Of a DNA stretch of 64,000 nt, positions 56,773 through 64,000 are shown piece by piece. The stretch is from Myxococcales bacterium (lineage in GTDB: Bacteria > Myxococcota_A > UBA9042 > JABWCM01 > BTVJ01), in NCBI GenBank assembly GCA_045863395.1, contig BTVJ01000026.1, forward strand, positions 11,593-75,592. The letters are read 5' to 3'. A program made the position numbers and the translations under genes. Within the stretch, counting starts at the first letter, position 1; each line of letters starts with the position of its first letter. The notes under the pieces were generated by a model, which was not told the origin of the DNA, searched no databases, and worked only from the letters and a program-made list of their open reading frames with translations.

Positions 56773-57453
56773 ATGGAGGCCGACGCAGAGGGGAGGGCAA
56801 AGGCGCTGGACGCGCTGCGTAACCGGGTGCTGCACGTCGTCGGCCACGCGCTCCGCTCCCCGGTGTGCACGGCCCGGGGACTCGCCCACGCCATCGATGG
56901 CGCATCGGATGCCCAGGTCCGCGCCGTCATCGCGCCCTCCCTCGTCCGCGCCCTCGACGGCTTGAGCGCGCTGGTCGACGACCTGCTGGTCGCCAGCGAG
57001 GTGACGACCGCGCTGCCCACGGGTGGATTGGTCCCGCGGAGCGTTGCTGCCACGGCCCGGGAGGCGTGGTCCGCCCGTCGGCTTGGTGGGGAGCTCCAGA
57101 TCGAGGGGGAGTGCGACGCCTGCGCCCACGATGGGGCGCTTGAGCGCATCCTGGGTCACCTCCTGACGAACGCGGCCTTCTACTGCGGGCGGCCGGTCCG
57201 CGTCGTCGCCTGTGCAGACGATGGGGTGGCTCGGGTCGTGGTCGAGGCCCCCGGGCCAGAGCCGACGGACAGCGAGCTCGAGCACGCCTTCGAGCCCTTC
57301 TATCGAAGCGAGATGGCCGTGATGTCCTCGCCTGGGCTCGGGCTTGGGCTCACGGTCGCCCGCGCGCTGGCGGAGCACGCCGGCGGCGAGCTGCGCCTGG
57401 AGCGGGTTCCGGGGTACGGAGCCCGCGCCACCCTGACCCTGCCACACTCGTGA
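56773..57453 (+). CDS. Histidine kinase (HisKA + HATPase_c, no obvious sensor domain)
   Basis: H-box LHVVGHALRSPV; G-box SPGLGLGLTVARAL; GGAGG before ATG 56773 (GTG 56767 also possible). Confidence 0.75.
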   Translation: MEADAEGRAKALDALRNRVLHVVGHALRSPVCTARGLAHAIDGASDAQVRAVIAPSLVRALDGLSALVDDLLVASEVTTALPTGGLVPRSVAATAREAWSARRLGGELQIEGECDACAHDGALERILGHLLTNAAFYCGRPVRVVACADDGVARVVVEAPGPEPTDSELEHAFEPFYRSEMAVMSSPGLGLGLTVARALAEHAGGELRLERVPGYGARATLTLPHS

Positions 57454-57460
57454 GGTGCCC

Positions 57461-57841
57461 ATGGGTGACGCACTCCGCGTCGTGATCGCCGACGACGACA
57501 GCGACCTCCTCCTCCTGCTGGGTCTACAGCTCAGCCGGGTCGACGGGATCGAGGTCGTCGGAGAGGCACGCGACGGGCAAGCCGTCCTTCAGCTCTGCGA
57601 CGAGGCGCACCCCGACGTCCTCGTCCTCGACCTGCTGATGCCGGTGATGTCCGGCGTGGAGGCCCTCCCAAAGCTCCGCGAGCGGTTCCCGGCCCTGGCC
57701 ATCGTGGCCTGCTCAGCGGTCGCCGGTCAGATGGTCCGCGAGCTGACGGACAGGCTCGGCGTTCCCCTCGTGCTGAAGTCCGGGCGCATCGAGCCCATCC
57801 TTGACGCCATCCGGGCTGCGGTGGACTCGAAGGCCGCCTGA
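57461..57841 (+). CDS. Single-domain response regulator (CheY-like receiver)
   Basis: LRVVIADDDSDL…DVLVLDLLMPVMSG…; immediately downstream of the kinase gene. Confidence 0.8.
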   Translation: MGDALRVVIADDDSDLLLLLGLQLSRVDGIEVVGEARDGQAVLQLCDEAHPDVLVLDLLMPVMSGVEALPKLRERFPALAIVACSAVAGQMVRELTDRLGVPLVLKSGRIEPILDAIRAAVDSKAA

Positions 57842-57987
57842 TCACGGCACCGCCCGCATCCCCGCCCCGCGACGGTTACATCCCTGGCGCTCGCGGTGAC
57901 GTTTGCGCTACAGTGGCGCTCTGCCGAACCGTTGTGTCGGGCGCCTTGGGAGCGGGGAGGCGGTGTGTCTCGTGACGAGGGAGCGTG

Positions 57988-59538
57988 ATGGTCGGGCTGC
58001 GAGCGAGGGTGCTGGTCGTCGACGACGAGGCGGAGGTGCGCGATATGCTGGCCCGCTCGTTGGCTTCCGACGGGTTCGAGGTAGAGACGGCGGATGGTGG
58101 GCGCGCCGCCCTGGAGGCCGCCCGAAGGCGCGCGTTCGATCTGGTAATCACTGATTTGATGATGCCGGGGATGGATGGCGCGGAGACCGCGGAGGCCCTC
58201 AGGGCGCACGATCCGTCCATTGAGGTCATCGTCGGGACCGGCTATGCGACGGTAGAGACCGCCGTCAGGTGTATGAAGAGCGGCGCCTACGACTATCTGG
58301 AGAAGCCCTACGATCTGCAGCGCCTCGCTCTCACCATGCACCGGGCCCTCGAGAAGCGCCAGCTCCAGGGTGCGGTGGCGCTCTTCGGGGCCAGCCGGGC
58401 GCTCCTGTCGGCGAGGAGCCAGATCGAGGTGAAGTCGCTCGCCGTGGAGCTCGGCAGCCGGGTCCTGCGGGCAGACAAGGCTTGCCTCCTCCTCGACGGT
58501 GCGGCCCTGTCCGATCCGCTGCCACCTGGCGCAGCCGAGGTCCTTGGCCGCGAGCTTCGAGCCGCCGCCGGCGCGTTCATCCTGCCATCCGCCGCCCGCC
58601 CGCTGCCCATCGAGTTCGCCGAGTGCGGCTTCGTCGGTGCCCTGGTCCTTCCGCTGCAGTCTGGCGAGCGATCCCTTGGGGCGCTGGTCGTGCTGCGCTC
58701 CGGCCCTCAGGGCTCATTCACCCGAGCGGAGCTGCAGCAGGGCGCCGTCCTGGCCGCGCAGGTGGCCCTCTCCCTGGAGAACGCGCGCCTCAACGAGGAG
58801 GTGGCCCAGCGAGTGGACGAGCTGGTGTCGACCCGCGAGCAGCTCGTGCGCGCAGAGAAGGTGAGCCTCGCCGCGCGTCTGGCGGGTCACGTCGCCCACG
58901 AGATCAACAACCCACTCTCGGTCGTGCTGGCGAACCTGGGCGTGCTGCAAGAGAGCCTCGGCGACCGCGGCCTGGACGGCGGCGACATCGGAGAGATCCT
59001 CGCCGACATCCAGGACGCCGTGAAGCGCGTCGCCGGCCTGGTGACCGGCTTTCGGCGCCTCACTCAGACCGCAGACCGCTCCGCACCGCGGCCCGTGCCC
59101 GTCGAACCGCTCCTCCGACGCTGTGTGGAGTCCGTCTCGGCAGAGTCCGGGCCGTCCGTGGTGCTGGACGTGGTCGGCGAGCCGACCGTCTCAACCGCAG
59201 AGGATGACGCGCGCACCGCGGTCGCCAGCGTGCTGTCCTACCTGTCGCGTTCGCACGACGGGAGGCCGCCCAGCCGCAGCATCACGGTCTTTGCGAGGCA
59301 GCCACCCAAGGCCGGCCACGTCCTCATCGACGTCACTGCGCCGGGGCTCCACCTGTCGCCCGAGGAGCGGCTGGAGGTCCTCGACCCGAAGGTCCACGGC
59401 GCCGACGGGGGGACCATGCGCATGGATCTGACCATGTCGCTGGCGTGGCAGCTCATCAGGCGCAACGCGGGCGAGCTGACCCTCGTCGACTCGCCAGCCG
59501 GCGGCACGTCGCTGCGCATCGCGCTGCCGGTGGGCTGA
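57988..59538 (+). CDS. Hybrid sensor kinase: receiver + GAF-like + HisKA + HATPase_c
   Basis: Receiver (RVLVVDDEAEVRD…DLVITDLMMPGMDG), H-box HVAHEINNPLSVV, C-terminal ATPase; GAGGGA RBS. Confidence 0.85.
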   Translation: MVGLRARVLVVDDEAEVRDMLARSLASDGFEVETADGGRAALEAARRRAFDLVITDLMMPGMDGAETAEALRAHDPSIEVIVGTGYATVETAVRCMKSGAYDYLEKPYDLQRLALTMHRALEKRQLQGAVALFGASRALLSARSQIEVKSLAVELGSRVLRADKACLLLDGAALSDPLPPGAAEVLGRELRAAAGAFILPSAARPLPIEFAECGFVGALVLPLQSGERSLGALVVLRSGPQGSFTRAELQQGAVLAAQVALSLENARLNEEVAQRVDELVSTREQLVRAEKVSLAARLAGHVAHEINNPLSVVLANLGVLQESLGDRGLDGGDIGEILADIQDAVKRVAGLVTGFRRLTQTADRSAPRPVPVEPLLRRCVESVSAESGPSVVLDVVGEPTVSTAEDDARTAVASVLSYLSRSHDGRPPSRSITVFARQPPKAGHVLIDVTAPGLHLSPEERLEVLDPKVHGADGGTMRMDLTMSLAWQLIRRNAGELTLVDSPAGGTSLRIALPVG

Positions 59539-59541
59539 CCC

Positions 59542-61470
59542 TCATCCGATACGGGCGCTGACGGCGGACCGCAGCACCTCCGGGACATAGGGCTTGTCCA
59601 CGAAGAGGTTCTTGACCTCGCTCCGAAACGTCAGGGCCCGCGGGGTGAAGGCGCCCCCGGTCAGGAAGATCATGCGGTCCGTGGCCTCCGGGTGGGTGCG
59701 GGCGAGCTCCGCGTGGAGGTCCATCCCGGTCATCTCCGGCATCATCAGGTCGCAGAGGATCACGTCGAAACGCTCGCCTCCCCGGAGCCGCTCGAGGGCC
59801 TCGGCCGCGGTGCTGACGGCGACGACCTCGTGGTGGCGTGACAGGGTGCGGGACAGCGCCCGGATCACCATGGCGTCGTCGTCCACCACGAGCACGCGCC
59901 CCCGCCGCGGCTGCTCCACGACGGTCGGGACGGGCGCCGGGTCGGGGGTGAGCGGAGCGTGGGCCGGGCGCTCGCTGGCGGCCGGCAGCAGCACGCGGAA
60001 GGTGCTCCCGTGCCCCGGGCGGCTGTCCACCAGGATCTCCCCCCCGAAGGAGCTGACGATGCGGTGGCAGATGGAGAGCCCCAGGCCGGTCCCCACCCCT
60101 GACGCCTTCGTGGTGAAGAAGGGCGTGAACAGGCGCTTGATGACCGCCGGCGACATGCCCGCGCCGGTGTCGCGGACGGAGATCTGCACCCGTCCGTCTT
60201 GCCACGGCCCGGTGGCCACCTCGATGAGGTGGTCGTCGAAGCGCCCCTCCGGGATTGCCTGGGCGGCGTTGATCAGCAGGTTGATCAGCACCTGCCCGAG
60301 CCGCGCCTCGGTCGCCAGCGCGGAAGGCGCATCCGCGTGGGTGACCATGAGGCGCCCCCGATGACGCAGCTCGCTGGCGCACATGCGCAGGGCCCCCTCG
60401 ACGACGCGGCGGAGGTCCACGGGCCTTGGCTCTGGCTCGTCGTCGCCCCGAGACAGGAGCTTCAGGTCGCGGACGATGTGTCGCACCCGATCTGCGGCCA
60501 GGCGTGCGTCGAGGAGCTGCTCCCGGAGCCTCGACACAGGCACGCTGCCGGGGCCATCTGCTTCAAGGGTCGCCAGATCGTCGAGGCTCAACGACAGGTT
60601 CCCGATCAGCCCGCTCAACGGGTTGTTGATCTCGTGCGCGACGCCCGCCGCCAGCGTCCCCATGGAGGCCATGCGGTCCGAGACGATGACCTGGGTCTGG
60701 AGCTGGCGATGCTCCGTGACGTCCGTGACCATGACCAGGGCGCCTGAGCCCTGCTCGTCGTCGACGACCAGGGCCGCGGAGAGGGTGGCCCAGAACTCTG
60801 TTCCATCGCGCCGCACGAACCGGCACTCGTGCAGAGAGTGGGCGCCGTCGCCGCACATGGCCACACAGTGTCGGAGGACGCGCCTCGACTCGTCGTCGGT
60901 GAAGTCGTCCATCAGGGCGCCGAGGAGGTCGGCTGGAGACTCCAGGCCCAGCATCTCGGCCATTCGCCGATTGGCAAACGTGGTGCGGAGGTCATGGCCC
61001 ACGACCCAGATCCCCTCCTGGGTCACCTCCACGATGGTGCGATACTTGAGCTCGCTGCGACGCAGCGCGGCCTCGGCCTCCGATTTCTCACGGCGTGCGC
61101 TTGCCTCCCGCAGCTCCCGCTGGATCGCCGGGATGAGGCGGGTCAGCCGGCCCTTGACGAAGAAGTCGTGGGCCCCCGCCCGGAGGGCCTCGACGGCAGT
61201 CTCCTCCCCGATGGTCCCCGAGATGATGAGGAACGGGATGTGCAGGCCCGTGCTGTTGAGCACCCGCAGCGCCGCGAGGCCGCTGAAGTCCGGCAGGCAG
61301 TAGTCGGAGAGGATGAGGTCCCACGGTTCGGCCAGGGCCGCGCGCATCTCCAGCTCTGTCTGCACGGTGCGATGGACGATCTGGTACGGACCCCGCCGAA
61401 GCTCCAGGAGGAGCAGCTCCTCGTCGTCGGCGGAGTCCTCGACGATCAACACGCGGAGTGGAGTCTTCAT
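59542..61470 (-). CDS. Hybrid sensor histidine kinase: REC-PAS-HisKA-HATPase_c-REC
   Basis: N-terminal receiver (RVLIVEDSADDEE…LILSDYCLPDFSG), PAS-like segment, H-box GVAHEINNPLSGL, G-box GTGLGLSICHRIV, C-terminal receiver (RVLVVDDDAMV…VILCDLMMPEMTG). Confidence 0.9.
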   Translation of the reverse strand: MKTPLRVLIVEDSADDEELLLLELRRGPYQIVHRTVQTELEMRAALAEPWDLILSDYCLPDFSGLAALRVLNSTGLHIPFLIISGTIGEETAVEALRAGAHDFFVKGRLTRLIPAIQRELREASARREKSEAEAALRRSELKYRTIVEVTQEGIWVVGHDLRTTFANRRMAEMLGLESPADLLGALMDDFTDDESRRVLRHCVAMCGDGAHSLHECRFVRRDGTEFWATLSAALVVDDEQGSGALVMVTDVTEHRQLQTQVIVSDRMASMGTLAAGVAHEINNPLSGLIGNLSLSLDDLATLEADGPGSVPVSRLREQLLDARLAADRVRHIVRDLKLLSRGDDEPEPRPVDLRRVVEGALRMCASELRHRGRLMVTHADAPSALATEARLGQVLINLLINAAQAIPEGRFDDHLIEVATGPWQDGRVQISVRDTGAGMSPAVIKRLFTPFFTTKASGVGTGLGLSICHRIVSSFGGEILVDSRPGHGSTFRVLLPAASERPAHAPLTPDPAPVPTVVEQPRRGRVLVVDDDAMVIRALSRTLSRHHEVVAVSTAAEALERLRGGERFDVILCDLMMPEMTGMDLHAELARTHPEATDRMIFLTGGAFTPRALTFRSEVKNLFVDKPYVPEVLRSAVSARIG

Positions 61471-61922
61471 CGGGTCTCGCTCGCAGGGTTGGCAGGTGGA
61501 ACCTGATTGAGCACCAGCCAGTAGAGCCCGAGCTGGCGTGCGGACTCGACGAACTCCTCGAAGGCCACGGGCTTGCGCACGAAGCTGTTCGCGCCCCGGT
61601 CGTAGGCCAGCACCAGGTCTCGTGCCTCCTGGCTGGACGTGAGGATGACCACGGGCAGGCGACGGGTCCGCTCATCGGCGCGAATCCTCCGAAGGACCTC
61701 GTGCCCGTCGATACGCGGCAGGTTCAGATCGAGCAGGACCACCTCGGGCAGATCCGGGACGCGCTCCGCATAGGGACCCGCGCAGTGGAGATAGTCGAGC
61801 GCCTTCTCGCCGTCCTCCATGACGACGATCTGGTTCGCGACGCGGCATCTCTCGAAGGCACGGAGGGTCAGCTCCACATCGTCGGGGTTGTCGTCGATGA
61901 GCAGGATCGTGCGGCCTCTCAT
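61467..61922 (-). CDS. Single-domain response regulator (receiver)
   Basis: TILLIDDNPDDVEL…VVLLDLNLPRIDG…; start ambiguous (ATG 61922 overlapping the upstream stop, or 61934 / 61961); stop overlaps the start of the downstream hybrid kinase (ATGA). Confidence 0.8.
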   Translation of the reverse strand: MRGRTILLIDDNPDDVELTLRAFERCRVANQIVVMEDGEKALDYLHCAGPYAERVPDLPEVVLLDLNLPRIDGHEVLRRIRADERTRRLPVVILTSSQEARDLVLAYDRGANSFVRKPVAFEEFVESARQLGLYWLVLNQVPPANPASETR

Positions 61923-63886
61923 GGGGGGCTCCATGGTGCGGTTGGTGGCAGTGTGAAGCAAACGGTGGCGCCGCGCCCGGGCTCGCCTTCGGCCCAGACG
62001 CGTCCCCCGTGCAGCTCGATGACCCGGTGGACGGTCGCGAGGCCTATGCCGGTCCCTGGGAAGTCCGCCATAGCGTGGAGTCTCTGGAACGGGCGAAACA
62101 GCTTGTCAGCATACTGCATGTTGAATCCGACGCCATTGTCACGGATCTGGTAGGTGGGGGAACCCTCGGATCTCTCAGAGACGAACTCAATCATCGCATC
62201 AGACTTGCGCTGTGTGAACTTCCACGAGTTGCCAAGCAGGTTCTCGAGGACGACGCGGAGCAGTCCGCGGTCTCCTCTTGCGGTCAGTCCGCGCTGCACG
62301 CGGCTCTCCACCGTCCGACCCGGGTCCCTGCGGCGCAGATCGTCGAAGACCGCCTCGGCGAGCCCCGTCAGGTCGACCTCGGTGATGCTCAGCTCCGTGC
62401 GGCCGACTCGCGACAGCTCGAGCAGATCGTCGATCAGCTCTCCCATGCGCTGCGCCGCCGCCCGTACCCGCTTGAGATGCCCGAGCCCCCTGGCATCGAG
62501 CTGGTCGCCGCAGTCCTCGGCCAGGGCCTGGCTGAACCCGTCGATGGCCCGCAGCGGGGCTCGGAGGTCGTGGGACACCGTGTAGCTGAACGCCTCCAGC
62601 TCTCTGTTCTTGCGTTCGAGCTGGGCGATCAGCGCCGCGCGGGTGTCCGCCAGCGCGCGGGCCGCGCGGGCTTCGGCTGCCTGCCGCTCTCGCTGCGCGA
62701 GCTGCTGATGCACTCTCCTCGTCTCGTCCTCCAGGTGTCTGCGCCGCACCTGGGCGCGCAGTCGCGCCTTGAGCACCTCCAGGTCGCTCCCCTTGCAGAC
62801 GTAGTCGTCGGCGCCCGCCGCGAGACCTGCGATCATGGAGTCTCGGTCTTCGAGCGCCGTCAGCATGATCAGCGGGATGTCTCTCACCTGCGGGGCGAGC
62901 TTGATCCGGCGGCAGGTCTCCGTGCCACCCAGGCCGGGCATCACCAGATCGAGGAGGATGCAGTCCACGGGCTGCACGGCGAGGAGCTCCAGGGCCTCCT
63001 CCCCGGACCGGGCGAGGACGACGTCGTAGCCGTCGCTTCTGAGGGCTGCGCCGAGGACGTCGAGGTAGGTAGGGCTGTCGTCGACCGCCAGGACGCGCTT
63101 CGGGCCGAGGGTGGTGCCCTCGCCGTCCCGCTCGTCCCACGGTGCCGGGCTCCGCAGCGCCGCGGAGATGCGCGCGAGGATGATGTCCGTGTCCTCCACC
63201 TTGCGCACGAAGGCGTCGGCGCCGGCATCCAGGGCCCGCAGCTCCGCTCCGTCGTCGTCCGATGCGGTCAGCAAGACGCAGCGAGTTCGCCAGAGCGCCG
63301 TGTCCAGGCGGACCCGCCGGATCACCGTCTGGCCGTCGATGCCTGGGAGCACGCCATCGACCAGGATGGCCGCCGGCCTGAGCTCCGCCGCCAGTCGCAG
63401 CCCGTCCTCGCCGGTCCCCGTCGTCACTACGCGGAAGCCCGCCCCCTCCAGCAGCTCCGCAAGCAGAGCCGTGAACGTCGGGCTGTCGTCGATGACCAGC
63501 ACGGAGGCGCCCGGCACCCTCACCGGACCCACGAGCTCTCGCGCCCGCGCCACCACGTAGCCCAGGTCGTAGGGCTTCCCCACGTACTCGTCGGCCCCGG
63601 TCGTGAGGCCGCGGATGCGGTCCCGGACCTCCGCGTCGCTGGACAACATGAGGACCGGGATGCGCTCACGGTTCGCGTCGCTCCGGAGCTCCGTGAGCAG
63701 GTCGGTGCCCTCCCCATCGGGGAGCATCTGGTCCAGCACGACGAGGCCGACAGGGCCCGCGCCGAGCGCCCGTCGCGCCTCGGCCAGGCTCGCGCACGGG
63801 ACCGCTCGGAGGCCTGCCCCGCCCAGGGCCTCGGCCAGGTCCATGCGGACGGTCAGGCTGTCGTCCACGACCAGCACCGTCTTCAT
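61919..63886 (-). CDS. Hybrid histidine kinase with three N-terminal receiver domains + HisKA + HATPase_c
   Basis: Three DD…D receiver signatures (VLVVDDS…, VLVIDDSPTF…, VLAVDDSPTY…), H-box VSHDLRAPLRAI, G-box GTGIGLATVHRVI. Confidence 0.85.
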   Translation of the reverse strand: MKTVLVVDDSLTVRMDLAEALGGAGLRAVPCASLAEARRALGAGPVGLVVLDQMLPDGEGTDLLTELRSDANRERIPVLMLSSDAEVRDRIRGLTTGADEYVGKPYDLGYVVARARELVGPVRVPGASVLVIDDSPTFTALLAELLEGAGFRVVTTGTGEDGLRLAAELRPAAILVDGVLPGIDGQTVIRRVRLDTALWRTRCVLLTASDDDGAELRALDAGADAFVRKVEDTDIILARISAALRSPAPWDERDGEGTTLGPKRVLAVDDSPTYLDVLGAALRSDGYDVVLARSGEEALELLAVQPVDCILLDLVMPGLGGTETCRRIKLAPQVRDIPLIMLTALEDRDSMIAGLAAGADDYVCKGSDLEVLKARLRAQVRRRHLEDETRRVHQQLAQRERQAAEARAARALADTRAALIAQLERKNRELEAFSYTVSHDLRAPLRAIDGFSQALAEDCGDQLDARGLGHLKRVRAAAQRMGELIDDLLELSRVGRTELSITEVDLTGLAEAVFDDLRRRDPGRTVESRVQRGLTARGDRGLLRVVLENLLGNSWKFTQRKSDAMIEFVSERSEGSPTYQIRDNGVGFNMQYADKLFRPFQRLHAMADFPGTGIGLATVHRVIELHGGRVWAEGEPGRGATVCFTLPPTAPWSPP

Positions 63887-64000
63887 CGTCTGCTCCCGGC
63901 GATGCGATCCCCGACGAGGCGCCCGATGTCCGCCAGGGGGACTACGCGCCGGGCTGCCCCCAGCGCTACTGCCTCCCGCGGCATCCCGTAGACCGTAGAG
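63883..64000 (-). CDS. cheB: Chemotaxis methylesterase CheB-like, C-terminal fragment (5' end outside window)
   Basis: Minus-strand frame reads …STVYGMPREAVALGAARRVVPLADIGRLVGDRIAGSRR*, resembling the conserved CheB C-terminus (VYGMPREA…LGAA…VVPL); stop overlaps the ATG of the downstream 3xREC kinase. Only about 38 codons are visible. Confidence 0.5.
   Translation of the reverse strand, partial: STVYGMPREAVALGAARRVVPLADIGRLVGDRIAGSRR

Noticed and set aside
62009-63991. 660-aa plus-strand ORF
   Set aside because: Antisense to the triple-receiver hybrid kinase and the CheB fragment.
1-64000. tRNA, rRNA or tmRNA genes
   Set aside because: Intergenic regions were scanned by eye for T-loop-like GTTCGAATCC-type motifs and rRNA-like conserved stretches; none recognised. 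A tRNAscan/Infernal run would be needed to be sure.

Overview
High-G+C (about 70% by eye) bacterial chromosomal window whose gene content points to Myxococcota (inference from a MYXO-CTERM-like sorting tail, several 'putative metal-binding motif' Cys/Asp modules, many Cys-rich lipoproteins and the gsp operon layout). No database search or computation was run; all calls come from reading the six-frame translations and the DNA. Layout: (i) 1-4.8 kb is an accessory-looking segment: the 3' end of an IS66-family transposase, about 1.7 kb with no convincing CDS but a strongly structured element (nested perfect helices, 1620-1758) and a C10 tract, then a lower-G+C gene for a signal-peptide-less subtilase-like (S8) protein and a Cys-rich lipoprotein. 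(ii) 5-8.2 kb: polytopic membrane protein with a sulfatase-fold domain, and a hypothetical protein. (iii) 8.4-25.9 kb: NtrC-family sigma54-type regulator followed by a complete type II secretion operon gspC-D-E-F-G-H-I-J-K-L-M-N with several ATGA start/stop overlaps. (iv) 25.9-56.8 kb: envelope and housekeeping genes (Cys-rich lipoproteins, CorC/HlyC, lgt and an lspA with a large insertion, OmpA/TSP3, manC, phosphohexomutase, yvcK-like, citrate synthase, DAHP synthase, TlpA-like, a nucleotidase-lipoprotein-OMP operon, an M10 metalloprotease with MYXO-CTERM). (v) 56.8-64 kb: dense two-component cluster (HK, RR, REC-GAF-HK, hybrid HKs, CheB C-terminus). No rRNA, tRNA or CRISPR array was recognised. 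The strongest candidates for something undescribed are the structured element plus cytoplasmic subtilase island next to the IS66 remnant, and a shared GAGTAT-N3-TGACCCC motif followed by short tandem repeats at two separate loci. Many long ORFs in the track are antisense or alternate-frame artefacts of the high G+C and were rejected.
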